NCBI GenBank assembly: GCA_016203455.1
Contig: JACQMR010000014.1
Span: 6,138 to 70,137 of the forward strand
Source of the DNA: Candidatus Wildermuthbacteria bacterium
GTDB taxonomy: Bacteria > Patescibacteriota > Minisyncoccia > Minisyncoccales > UBA10102
Direction: 5' to 3'
DNA length: 64,000 nucleotides
Under the pieces are notes generated by a model. The model was not told where the DNA came from. It searched no databases and saw only the letters and a list, made by a program, of their open reading frames with translations. Shown here piece after piece: positions 28,865 to 38,064 of this stretch; position 1 is the stretch's first letter, and every line of letters starts with the position of its first letter. The position numbers and the translations under genes are program-made.

Positions 28865-29338
28865 ATGAATATGCGCGAAAGCACGGCAAAGACGATGGTG
28901 GCGGGTGCGTTGGCGCTTTTATTCGCGCTGGCGTTCTTTTCTGTCGCGTCTGCCGAGAATCCGGACGGTTCATGCAGGCCATGTGAAACCGACGCGCAAT
29001 GTCGTGATGGTTTCCAATGCGTAGGAGATACGGATATTACAGACGGCAAAGCCCAGGGGGTATGCCAAAATCCAGACAGTATTGCGATATGCAATCCTTT
29101 GCGGGCCCCCGGTTTTACAGACATTATTAAAAATATCCTTACCATAATTTTTAACCTCGCATTGGTTATTACCCCCGTTATCATTGTTGTTGCCGGAGTC
29201 ATGTTTCTTACCGCCGCCGGAGATCCGGCAAAAATCAGCAAGGCAAAGCAGATGTTGCTGTGGACCGCCGTTGGACTTGTCGTCATTCTTTCTGCGCGCG
29301 GGGTTGCGCTGATTGTGCGCGCGATCATAGGATTTTGA
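28865..29338 (+). CDS. VirB2/TrbC-like pilin protein 1
   Basis: Signal peptide, Cys-rich segment, two C-terminal TM helices joined by AAGDPAKISKAK. Confidence 0.75.
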   Translation: MNMRESTAKTMVAGALALLFALAFFSVASAENPDGSCRPCETDAQCRDGFQCVGDTDITDGKAQGVCQNPDSIAICNPLRAPGFTDIIKNILTIIFNLALVITPVIIVVAGVMFLTAAGDPAKISKAKQMLLWTAVGLVVILSARGVALIVRAIIGF

Positions 29339-29432
29339 CAAGGGCATTTGTATGCTATACTTATGAAAGGTCGTATGTATGATAAGTTTTGAGCGCAGAG
29401 TACTACTTAATAAATATAAATCGTAATTCATA

Positions 29433-29900
29433 ATGAAAAAACTATTGGGAGTTTTGTTAGTAGCAGGTCTTTTTTCTGTAATGGGGTTTTCTAGTGTTTC
29501 CGCTACGATAGGTGTGGAATGTTCAAGCGATGCGGGATGTAATAATGGTGAGTTTTGCGATACCGGTAGCACGCCAAATGTATGCGCGGCAGAAGTGTCG
29601 GGTACTCCCGGCAATCTTAATCAGCCCGCGGATTCTTTGCCGACAACCGGTATTCCCACAAGCGGTACTGACTTGATTGATCGCATTGCTCTTATCGGCA
29701 ATTGGATATTCGCCATCTTTTTGGCAATTTCCGTTATTTACATTGTTCTTGCCGCGTTTGAGTTTGTTACGGGCGCCGGAGATCCGGCAAAGGTGTCCGG
29801 AGCCAGGCAAAAACTCATTTATGCCGCGGTTGGAATTGGCGTGGCTCTGCTTGCCGCCGGAATTGATGACATTGTAAGAAGCATTGTTGTTGGTAGCTAG
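29433..29900 (+). CDS. VirB2/TrbC-like pilin protein 2
   Basis: Same architecture; GAGDPAKVSGARQKL. Confidence 0.75.
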   Translation: MKKLLGVLLVAGLFSVMGFSSVSATIGVECSSDAGCNNGEFCDTGSTPNVCAAEVSGTPGNLNQPADSLPTTGIPTSGTDLIDRIALIGNWIFAIFLAISVIYIVLAAFEFVTGAGDPAKVSGARQKLIYAAVGIGVALLAAGIDDIVRSIVVGS

Positions 29901-29936
29901 CGCACGCCCGCAAAGAGAATATACATTTATGCCTTC

Positions 29937-30317
29937 ATGAAGTTCTCTATTATTAACTTTGCTCTTGGTTTTCTTTTTGCGGGCGTATTTGCTCCTCTCT
30001 CTGTGTTTGGAGATACGCCGACAAACCTGCCTCCAACAAATTTTAGATTCCCCTCCATTAGCAAGCTTCCCGTAACGGGGAGCGATCTTCTTGACAGAAT
30101 AGGCCTTATTGGCAACTGGATATTCGCCATCTTTTTGGCAATCTCCATCATTTACATTGTCCTTGCCGCGTTTGAGTTTGTTACGGGAGCCGGAGAGCCG
30201 GCAAAGGTTTCCGGCGCCAGAATGAAGCTCATCTATGCCGCGGTTGGAATTGGCGTAGCTCTGCTTGCCGCCGGAATTGATGACATTGTAAGAAGTATTG
30301 TCGTGAATACTCCTTAA
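29937..30317 (+). CDS. VirB2/TrbC-like pilin protein 3
   Basis: Same C-terminal module, without the Cys-rich segment. Confidence 0.75.
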   Translation: MKFSIINFALGFLFAGVFAPLSVFGDTPTNLPPTNFRFPSISKLPVTGSDLLDRIGLIGNWIFAIFLAISIIYIVLAAFEFVTGAGEPAKVSGARMKLIYAAVGIGVALLAAGIDDIVRSIVVNTP

Positions 30318-30346
30318 TGGCTGTTTGCATGGAGATGATCATACAT

Positions 30347-31006
30347 ATGGCATATCGTAAAAAGATAAACGCAGTCATTCTTGGTATTGGTTTGCTTATT
30401 TCTTTGGCTGGCATTCCATTTAGTGCATTCGGATTAGCGGAGACGACAAATGTGTTTTTTACGTCCTGCGAGGTTTCAGATACTACTGCTCTCCCCCAAT
30501 GCACTGGGGGTCTGGTGTGTGAACCTTTTGAAGGAACATCTCGTTGCCTCTTGGTAATTGGGGCGTCTTGTGGTACTGATAAACCGGTATGTCAAAGTGG
30601 TTCTCGGTGCGTTGTTAAGGAAACTGGAGCTGATCTTGATGAATCCGGGGGGACTACGGCAGAAAGCGGTGATAATGAATGTCGTGTAGGGAGTTCTGCC
30701 GGCCCAGGTCCAGGAGGCGGTTTGCCAGGCGGCAATTTTAGATTGCCAAACGAAACCGAGATCCCCATCTCTGGCACGGCCCTTTTGGAAAAAGTGGGCG
30801 TGATTGGCAACTGGGTTTTCGCCATATTTCTTGCCATTTCTCTTATCTACATTATTCTTGCCGCGTTTGAGTTTGTTACGGGCGCAGGAGAACCCACCAA
30901 AGTTTCAGGAGCAAGGCAAAAACTCATTTATGCCGCGGTTGGAATTGGCGTGGCCCTGCTTGCCGCCGGAATTGATGACATTGTAAGAAGCATCGTTACC
31001 ACATAA
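30347..31006 (+). CDS. VirB2/TrbC-like pilin protein 4
   Basis: Same C-terminal module with a longer Cys-rich region; the start could be 30317. Confidence 0.75.
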   Translation: MAYRKKINAVILGIGLLISLAGIPFSAFGLAETTNVFFTSCEVSDTTALPQCTGGLVCEPFEGTSRCLLVIGASCGTDKPVCQSGSRCVVKETGADLDESGGTTAESGDNECRVGSSAGPGPGGGLPGGNFRLPNETEIPISGTALLEKVGVIGNWVFAIFLAISLIYIILAAFEFVTGAGEPTKVSGARQKLIYAAVGIGVALLAAGIDDIVRSIVTT

Positions 31007-31014
31007 AGAGCCGC

Positions 31015-31482
31015 ATGAAGATGAGAGGTTTATTTGCGATTGTCGCTTTGTTTGGGATATTGATGGCGGCCGGGAGCGTTGGTTTGCCGCAATCTGTTTT
31101 TGCGGCTGGGCTAGTTACGGAAGGCGGTGAGTGCTCAAGGGCCGCGGGTGCGGTTGATGCGGAAAAGTGCGCGGAAGGTCTTGTATGCATTGGAGGCACC
31201 GATACCGCTCCAGGCGAATGTTTGCCCGAGTTGCCGGAGGGTCCACAAACCCCCGGGGAGGTGTTAGATACCATTGAGGTTATCGCGAACTGGGTGTTTG
31301 CAATTTTTCTTGCCGCATCGGTTATTTTTCTTGTATGGGGGGCGTTTGAATTTATGCTGGCGCAGGGAGATCCCGCAAAGATTTCCGCCGCCAAACAGCG
31401 GCTTCTATACGCGGTTGTGGGCATTGGACTTGCAATGCTCGCGAATGGCGTAGACGATATATTGAGAAGCATTCTTACCTAA
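31015..31482 (+). CDS. VirB2/TrbC-like pilin protein 5
   Basis: Same architecture; AQGDPAKISAAKQRL. Confidence 0.75.
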   Translation: MKMRGLFAIVALFGILMAAGSVGLPQSVFAAGLVTEGGECSRAAGAVDAEKCAEGLVCIGGTDTAPGECLPELPEGPQTPGEVLDTIEVIANWVFAIFLAASVIFLVWGAFEFMLAQGDPAKISAAKQRLLYAVVGIGLAMLANGVDDILRSILT

Positions 31483-31499
31483 AACGCCGCCGCCGGCGC

Positions 31500-32564
31500 T
31501 TGATGATGTTTTTGCGAACGCGCGTTTCATGGCTTAATATCTGCATTGTATTGCCGATTGTTTTGTTTGGTTTTTTGTTTTTGGCCTTGAGTTTTAATAA
31601 AGCAAAAGACGGAGGCATTTTTTTGTATTACGCGAATATCGCCGGGGACTCGGGCGCGAGCGTCTTGCGCTGGGCCTGTTTGTTTTTAGTTGTCGTGTTC
31701 GCGGTGCGCCTGGCGTTTCTTTTGCTGTATTTTGGGCTTCGTTCCAGGCCTCTTGGCGAGTTTTTGGCATCCGTGTTTTCGTTTCAAAGCGTTTGGATTT
31801 ACGCAAAGGCCCGTTTGTTTCTTTTTGGCGCGCTTTTTTTTGGCATTGCGCTGTTTGGTTTGGCGATCGGGCAGGTAAATGTTTTTAGCGCGGACCATTT
31901 GCAGGACGCTTTGCTTGTGAAAGCAGACCTCTTTTTAACCGGAACATTCCCCGCGTTTGAGCTTGCCAAGATTTCTTATCCCGCGGCATTCGCGCGTTTG
32001 GTGGAGTTTTCTTTCTTTTATCTTGGCATTGGCATGGTGTTTTTTGCCGCGTATGTTTTTTTGCGGAACAAGGAGTTGTTTCGGGAAATGCTTGCCGCGT
32101 TTTTTTTGGCCAACCTTTTTATGCTGGCAGGATGGATAGCGTTTCCCGCCTTGAGTCCGCATGACAGGTTTTTGGATAATGCGTACGCGCTTCCCGTATC
32201 TGCCGAGATGCAAGCGCGAGTTAGCGCGTATCGCCCGCAAGCCGAGATTCAAAGCGTGCTGGAAAGCGTGCGGAGCACGAAAGACGCGACTTTAAAAACT
32301 CTTCCCACCACAGCCATGCCAAGCGCTCATGTGGTATGGTCGCTTATGTTGTTGTTTTTTGCGGCGCGAGTTTCTCTTGTTGCCGGGTTGATTGCGAGTC
32401 CGTTTGCGTTCATGTCTTTGTTTGGCACGGTATTTTTTGCCCAGCATTATTTTGTGGACATACCTGCCGGTATTTTGGTGTTCGCGGTTGTCATGCTGTG
32501 CATCCGCGCGTTGAAACGCGCGGACGAACAAAATCTTGCCCAAGGCGGCAATCCTGCTGTTTGA
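31500..32564 (+). CDS. PAP2-superfamily membrane protein (Aur1/IPC synthase-like)
   Basis: Multi-TM; AMPSAH and HYFVDIPAG motifs. Confidence 0.8.
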   Translation: MMMFLRTRVSWLNICIVLPIVLFGFLFLALSFNKAKDGGIFLYYANIAGDSGASVLRWACLFLVVVFAVRLAFLLLYFGLRSRPLGEFLASVFSFQSVWIYAKARLFLFGALFFGIALFGLAIGQVNVFSADHLQDALLVKADLFLTGTFPAFELAKISYPAAFARLVEFSFFYLGIGMVFFAAYVFLRNKELFREMLAAFFLANLFMLAGWIAFPALSPHDRFLDNAYALPVSAEMQARVSAYRPQAEIQSVLESVRSTKDATLKTLPTTAMPSAHVVWSLMLLFFAARVSLVAGLIASPFAFMSLFGTVFFAQHYFVDIPAGILVFAVVMLCIRALKRADEQNLAQGGNPAV

Positions 32565-32788
32565 CATTGCTTTTTTGGGAACGCAACGATACAATGCGTC
32601 TGGAATATAAATACAGCATCGTCTTTATGATGTTTTATCCCCATTACCTGGTTGTGCTAGAAAAAGGCAGAGAGTGATGGTTTCCGCCCTCTTGGGCAGA
32701 CCCCGGGAAACCTTCGTATGCCGTCCGCTCAAAGCGGACATGGCATAACAAAGTAGGTTTCCCCGCAAAAAACAAGCAGTTGTTTTTT

Positions 32789-32870
32789 GCGCCCGTGGTG
32801 GAACTGGCAGACACGCCAGCCTTAGGAGCTGGTGCCGCGAGGTATGGAGGTTCAAATCCTCCCGGGCGCA
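32789..32870 (+). tRNA. tRNA-Leu(TAG)
   Basis: GCGCCCG/CGGGCGC acceptor, CCAGC-CTTAGGA-GCTGG. Confidence 0.95.
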
Positions 32871-32889
32871 CAGAGTATAATGGTAAAAC

Positions 32890-32920
32890 AAAAAAAGTAG
32901 GCGATTCCGCCTATTTTTTT
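32890..32920. terminator. Bidirectional intrinsic terminator
   Basis: AAAAAAAGTAGGCG-attc-CGCCTATTTTTTT. Confidence 0.75.
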
Positions 32921-32927
32921 GGTTTTG

Positions 32928-33476
32928 TTATATTTTAACCTTGATCTTGCGCGTTCTTTGCCGTTCAATCTTTGGAATGCGCAAGGTAAATATTCCCTCT
33001 TTCATGCTTGCTTCCGCCCTGGAAGCGTCCACTTCTTCTGGCAGAATGATCTGGCGGGAGAAAGCTCCCCAGTAACATTCTTGGTAGTAATAGTTTTTTC
33101 CTTGCTCCTCCGCTACATTTTTTCGTTCGCCCGCAATGGTAACCGCGTCATTTTCTATGGTAATATCTAAATCCTCCGGCTTTACTCCTGCTACGGTGGA
33201 TTGTATGACAATATCTTTGTCTGTTTGGTACACATCAACCGCGAGTTCGCCCTCGGGCTCAAACCACTCCGCGTTCCCCCCCTCTTTTTTGGGCAGGGGT
33301 TTTTCTTCGGTTTTTGCGACAGACGCTTTTACGGTTATTTTCTTTGTTTTTCCATCCATGGTTTTTTGTTGCGCGCGGGGTTCCGCCGGTTCGTTCTTTG
33401 ATGTTTCTCTGGCATCTCCATCTTCTTCTATGCCCATGCTGTTTCGCAATTTTTCAAAAAAAGAAGCCATGCTCAA
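32928..33476 (-). CDS. Hsp20/alpha-crystallin small heat-shock protein
   Basis: AVDVYQT...GVKPEDLDI...FSRQIILP...GIFTLRIPK. Confidence 0.92.
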   Translation of the reverse strand: MSMASFFEKLRNSMGIEEDGDARETSKNEPAEPRAQQKTMDGKTKKITVKASVAKTEEKPLPKKEGGNAEWFEPEGELAVDVYQTDKDIVIQSTVAGVKPEDLDITIENDAVTIAGERKNVAEEQGKNYYYQECYWGAFSRQIILPEEVDASRAEASMKEGIFTLRIPKIERQRTRKIKVKI

Positions 33477-33490
33477 TGCGGTGTTGTTTG

Positions 33491-34192
33491 TTATCGTTTT
33501 TTTTGCAATGCCTTAAACGCGAATGAAAGGAAGATCGCGGTCCCCAGGACAATGGCAAGGGGAATAAAAATCTGTCTCGCGCCTTCTGTTTTTAGTATAT
33601 AGAAGTTAAAGAGGTAGTGCAAGGTTCCGGCCGCGCCAATACCCAGGGTAAAATAGAGCAGTTTTTTCTTTGGATCAAAAATGGTGAGCGCCAAAAAGAA
33701 GCCAAACAATCCCGAAACCAAAGCGTGCAGAAAAGTCGCCCCCACGAGCCGCATGGAGCTTAAAAAGAGGATGTCTGTGGTGAGGGCAAGGGGGCCAAGG
33801 CGAAAGAGCATGAGCATGTTTTCCGCGGCGGCAAATCCCAGGGCGGCGGCAATCATGTAGACCATGAGATCCACGGGTTCGTCCATGTTTCTGTTTTTGT
33901 AAACCGTAAGCCGCACAACCAGGAATTTCGTGAATTCTTCAATGATTGCTATGCCAAAAAACATGTATAAGAAAGTTTCCGCCGGGTTGGGGAGAGAAAG
34001 CGCGGAAAACAGGGATTTGGACGAAAGTTCAAGAATGACCGCCGGGATCGTGGAGGCCATGCCCCAAAAGAAAACCTTGCGTATGAGAGAGCCGGGTTCC
34101 GGATGTCTGTCTTTGCGAAGGTAAAAAGCAAGCCAGAGAATGCTTGGAGCGAATCCAAACAAGATAAAGAGCGCGTAGTTTATTATTTCCAT
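33491..34192 (-). CDS. PrsW-family intramembrane protease
   Basis: DRHPEP, IIEEFTK, GFAAAEN, HA and H..FN motifs. Confidence 0.9.
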   Translation of the reverse strand: MEIINYALFILFGFAPSILWLAFYLRKDRHPEPGSLIRKVFFWGMASTIPAVILELSSKSLFSALSLPNPAETFLYMFFGIAIIEEFTKFLVVRLTVYKNRNMDEPVDLMVYMIAAALGFAAAENMLMLFRLGPLALTTDILFLSSMRLVGATFLHALVSGLFGFFLALTIFDPKKKLLYFTLGIGAAGTLHYLFNFYILKTEGARQIFIPLAIVLGTAIFLSFAFKALQKKR

Positions 34193-36480
34193 GTTTCCAC
34201 GAGCAAAAGATCTTTTTTATTTTGAAAAGGCATTTCCCGATAGATTGCTTCCGTTACAAACGGAGTAAAAGGATGCAGGCATGTGAGCAGTCCCCGCATG
34301 ACTTCTTTAAGAACGAATTGTCTGCCGGCTTTTTTTTGCGCGTTTTGGAGAACGGTTTTGGAATCCTCCAGCACCTTGTCGGCGAATGCGTGCCAGGCGT
34401 AATGGTAGAGTTCCTCGGCGGCCTGGGAAAGCCGGAATGCTTCAAGATGTTTTGTGGCGCTTTTCCGTATGTTCAAAAAATCAGCAAGGATTTTTTTATC
34501 TTCTTTTGAAAGCGCGGGTTTTTTTTCAAGATCAAGATCTCCCGCGTTCATTGCCACAAATCTGCCGATATTCCAGAGTTTATTGGTAAAATTCCGGTAC
34601 CCGCGCACCCGGTCTTCAGAGAGCTTGAGATCGTTGCCCGGGCCCGCTCCGATAATCAAAGAAAGCCGGGTGGCGTCCGCTCCGTATTTGTCTATCATGT
34701 CTAAGGGGTTGATGATGTTGCCCAGCGATTTTGACATTTTTCTTCCCTGGTTGTCCCGCACCAGGCCGTGCAGGTACACGGTCTTAAAGGGAATCTGCCC
34801 CGTAAGATATGTTGACAGTAAGATCATGCGCGCGACCCAGAAAAAAAGAATGTCGTATCCGGTTTCCAAAACACTGGTAGGATGGTAATTTGCAAAATCA
34901 TTCTGTTGCCCTGGTTTACCCTGAGCGAGGCCGTGTTTTGTGGCCGAGTCGAAGGGCCATCCAAGAGTTGAGAATGTCCAAAGTCCGGAGGAAAACCAGG
35001 TATCCAAGGTGTCCTGGTCTTGTTGCGGAGTGCATGACCCGCAGATTGGGCATTTCGTTGGTTTTTCCGCCGCGACAAACATATTGATATTTTGGTCATT
35101 GGGATTTTGAATTTGTTTGGAAATTGGAAATTGGGAATTGGAAATTTCTTGTGTACAGTAGTAAACGGGTATCTGGTGTCCAAACCATATCTGCCTGGAA
35201 ACGCACCAGTCGCGCAGGTCATTGATCCAGTGGTAGTAAACTTTTTCAAACCGTTTGGGCAATATTTCTATTTGTTTTGTTTTTACCGCATGCAACATGA
35301 GTTTCTTGAGCGTGGTTTTCTCTCCTTTGCGTATTCCTTTGAGTCCCGCGTGCGGGAAAGAAAACTCTTTTGTAACCGCCACAAACCACTGCCGCATGAT
35401 TTGCGGCTCAATAACTCCTCCGCCTCGGGAATTGGTGGCGACCCGATGGATGTAGGTTGCGTCTGTGCTTGCCAGGAGCCCTTTCTCTTGGAGCCGTTGT
35501 ACAATGAGAGGCCGCGCCTTGGAAATATGCGTACCCGCCAGGGTCCCCGCTATAGGCAGAAGTTTTCGTTTAAGATCTATAATCTGCTCTTTTTCCAGGT
35601 TGTGCCGCGCCGCTATCTCAAAGTCAACGCGGTCATGCCACGGGGTAATGGTCATTACCCCTGTCCCGAATTCCATGTCAACCGCCGTGTCTTTAATAAC
35701 GGTTGCCGTTATTTTCCCGTTCAGCCAGTCAACTTGAAGGGTTTGTCCGTGCGAATATTGCGCGTACCGCTTGTCTTTTGGGTGCATAACAACGAATTTA
35801 TCCCCAAACTTTGTTTCCGGGCGCGCGGTTCCAATAATAAAGGGTCCGTATTTGAGGTAATAAAATGGGGCGGTTTCTTCTTTCCATTCTATTTCGTCGT
35901 CAGACACGGTGGTCTGCATTTTCGGGTCCCAGTTTACAATGCGGTCTCCGCGGTATATAAGCCCCTGATCATACATGGTTTTAAACGCCGTTCGCACGGC
36001 TTTGTTTCTTGGTTCGTCCAGCGTGTACGCTTCCCTGCTCCAGTCAAGCGAAGCCCCCATTTTTTTTACCTGATGCACAATGGTGTCGTGGCTTTCTTTG
36101 GCGAATTGTTGCACGAGCGCCAGGAGTTTTTCACGGCCCACATCGTATCTCGTTTCTTTTGTTTTTTTGTATAAGTCGCTTTCTACTTTTGCCTGCGTGG
36201 CAATTCCCGCGTGATCCGTCCCCGGGATCCACAGGGTTTTCTCGCCCTTCATTCTGTGATAGCGAACGAGCGTATCTTCAATGGCAAGCATTGACGCGTG
36301 TCCCATGTGCAGAGTTCCGGTTACATTGGGGGGAGGCAGAACAATGGAAAACGCTTTCGCGTTTTTTTGGCATACGCCTTTTTTGATGCACTCGTCCGGG
36401 TTGAAATATCCGCTCTGTTCCCAGAGTTTGTATATGTTGTCTTCGGTTTCTTTCGCGTTGTATGCTGTAGGCAGTTCCAT
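34183..36480 (-). CDS. valS: Valine--tRNA ligase (lacks the C-terminal coiled coil)
   Basis: PPPNVTGTLHMGH, DWCVSRQIWFGH, DTWFSS and KMSKS motifs. Confidence 0.96.
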   Translation of the reverse strand: MELPTAYNAKETEDNIYKLWEQSGYFNPDECIKKGVCQKNAKAFSIVLPPPNVTGTLHMGHASMLAIEDTLVRYHRMKGEKTLWIPGTDHAGIATQAKVESDLYKKTKETRYDVGREKLLALVQQFAKESHDTIVHQVKKMGASLDWSREAYTLDEPRNKAVRTAFKTMYDQGLIYRGDRIVNWDPKMQTTVSDDEIEWKEETAPFYYLKYGPFIIGTARPETKFGDKFVVMHPKDKRYAQYSHGQTLQVDWLNGKITATVIKDTAVDMEFGTGVMTITPWHDRVDFEIAARHNLEKEQIIDLKRKLLPIAGTLAGTHISKARPLIVQRLQEKGLLASTDATYIHRVATNSRGGGVIEPQIMRQWFVAVTKEFSFPHAGLKGIRKGEKTTLKKLMLHAVKTKQIEILPKRFEKVYYHWINDLRDWCVSRQIWFGHQIPVYYCTQEISNSQFPISKQIQNPNDQNINMFVAAEKPTKCPICGSCTPQQDQDTLDTWFSSGLWTFSTLGWPFDSATKHGLAQGKPGQQNDFANYHPTSVLETGYDILFFWVARMILLSTYLTGQIPFKTVYLHGLVRDNQGRKMSKSLGNIINPLDMIDKYGADATRLSLIIGAGPGNDLKLSEDRVRGYRNFTNKLWNIGRFVAMNAGDLDLEKKPALSKEDKKILADFLNIRKSATKHLEAFRLSQAAEELYHYAWHAFADKVLEDSKTVLQNAQKKAGRQFVLKEVMRGLLTCLHPFTPFVTEAIYREMPFQNKKDLLLVETWK

Positions 36481-36677
36481 GGGGCCAGTTTTTAGTTGAT
36501 AGTTTTTAGTTTTTATAAAACCGGCAGGATGCATTATTCAATGGCTGAATGGTTATATGGCTCAAAGGGTACGCCATTAAGTCATTTGACCATACAACCA
36601 CAGAACCACTTTTTTCTATTCCCGATCTCTTCTGCAAGATACAAAATACTAGATACAAGCATGGTTTGAGCTTTTCT

Positions 36678-37799
36678 TTATCCTATCCTTACATTGGGTT
36701 GAGCTTCAATAGTGTCGGGGTTTTTGGGGTATAATCCCTTACGGAACAAAAAATATCCGGATACCGCGGGCATTATTCCGTTATCCGTGCAGAGAAACGG
36801 GGAAGGCGCGAAAAGTTTCGCGCCGGATGCGCGTTCTTTCATGGATTTTTGCAATCGCGTTCGCAATTCTTGGTTTGCCGATACGCCTCCTCCCAGGAGA
36901 ATACTTTTCGCGCCGTATTGTTCCGCGGCTTTCATCGTTTTTACAATAAGCACATCCGCGATGGCCTGCTGAATTTCACGCGCCATTTCTTGGATATATT
37001 CTTTTGACTGCCGCGTTTTTTCGTCTGTTTCTTTGTGTTTGTAAAGCACCGCGGTTTTAAGTCCTGAAAAGCTGAAATCAAAATCCTTTGTGTGCATCAT
37101 AGGCCTTGGTAAAACAATTTCTAATTTAGAATTTAGAATCTTCTTTGTCGTTTGAGCGGCAAGGAGGGTGGGCCTGCCCGCCATAGCCGCTTTGGCTATG
37201 GCGGGACCCCCGGGATACCCAAGCCCCAGGATTCTGGCGGTTTTGTCAAACGCTTCTCCGGCCGCGTCATCTCGGGTTTCTCCGATTACCTTGTACTCCC
37301 CCATTGCTTTGGCGACTATGATTTGCGTGTGGCCCCCAGAAACCAAAAGAGCTATGGCCGGGAATACGCGCTTTGCGCTTTGCAGGCGGAATGTTTTTGG
37401 CTCTGTTTCTTTAAGCAGGGCGCAAAGCAGGTGCCCTTCCATGTGATTTGCTGGAACAAGAGGGATGTTCCAGCTCCGCGCGAGGTCTTTCGCAAAGTTG
37501 ACTCCCTCCCAAAGGCACGGAGAAAGCCCGGGGCCATAAGTAACGGCGATTGCCCGGATGCCCGGGTTTTTCCTTGGGAGGCGCGCTTTTGAAAGAACAG
37601 CGGAAAGCGCGATGGGGAGATTTTCTTTATGCGCCCGTTTTGCCTCGTTGGGGTATACTCCGCCATACTTTTTATTAAGCTCCGTTTGCGAAGAAATGGC
37701 ATGGGCAAGAATGTTAAAGAGGGGCCGTACCGTTCCGGTTGCTTCCAGGACGGCTATGCAGGTGTCGTCGCACGAAGTTTCAATGCCGAGGATTTTCAT
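36678..37799 (-). CDS. tsaD: tRNA threonylcarbamoyltransferase TsaD
   Basis: LGIETSCDDT, HMEGH, SGGHT, DDAAGEAFDK and FSFSGLKTA motifs. Confidence 0.95.
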   Translation of the reverse strand: MKILGIETSCDDTCIAVLEATGTVRPLFNILAHAISSQTELNKKYGGVYPNEAKRAHKENLPIALSAVLSKARLPRKNPGIRAIAVTYGPGLSPCLWEGVNFAKDLARSWNIPLVPANHMEGHLLCALLKETEPKTFRLQSAKRVFPAIALLVSGGHTQIIVAKAMGEYKVIGETRDDAAGEAFDKTARILGLGYPGGPAIAKAAMAGRPTLLAAQTTKKILNSKLEIVLPRPMMHTKDFDFSFSGLKTAVLYKHKETDEKTRQSKEYIQEMAREIQQAIADVLIVKTMKAAEQYGAKSILLGGGVSANQELRTRLQKSMKERASGAKLFAPSPFLCTDNGIMPAVSGYFLFRKGLYPKNPDTIEAQPNVRIG

Positions 37800-37873
37800 G
37801 TTCGTATGTTTTTGAGCATAGCGGACAGGTTGATTTTTTGCAATTTTCTGGTATACAATACACAGCAGTATTT

Positions 37874-37949
37874 GGTCCCATCGTCTAGTTTGGTCTAGGA
37901 CGCCGGGTTTTCATCCCGGAAATCAGGGGTTCAAATCCCCTTGGGACCG
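37874..37949 (+). tRNA. tRNA-Glu(TTC)
   Basis: GGTCCCA/TGGGACC acceptor, CCGGG-TTTTCAT-CCCGG. Confidence 0.93.
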
Positions 37950-38064
37950 CAGTACCAAAGCAAGCAACCTGCGTTGCTTGCGTGGGGATTTGAAGGGTTT
38001 GAAGTTATGCCGGCAGGCATCTGAAAACCCCGGGTCAAACAATCCCCTTGATCCCCTTTTTTAC

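Noticed and set aside
29690-30995. DGR template/variable repeat pair among the pilin-like paralogues
   Set aside because: Differences are mostly synonymous and not adenine-specific, and no reverse transcriptase is in the window.
32673-32763. Fluoride riboswitch or SRP RNA upstream of tRNA-Leu
   Set aside because: A long hairpin is present (32705-32763), but the downstream riboswitch consensus and the SRP GGAA-loop motif are missing.
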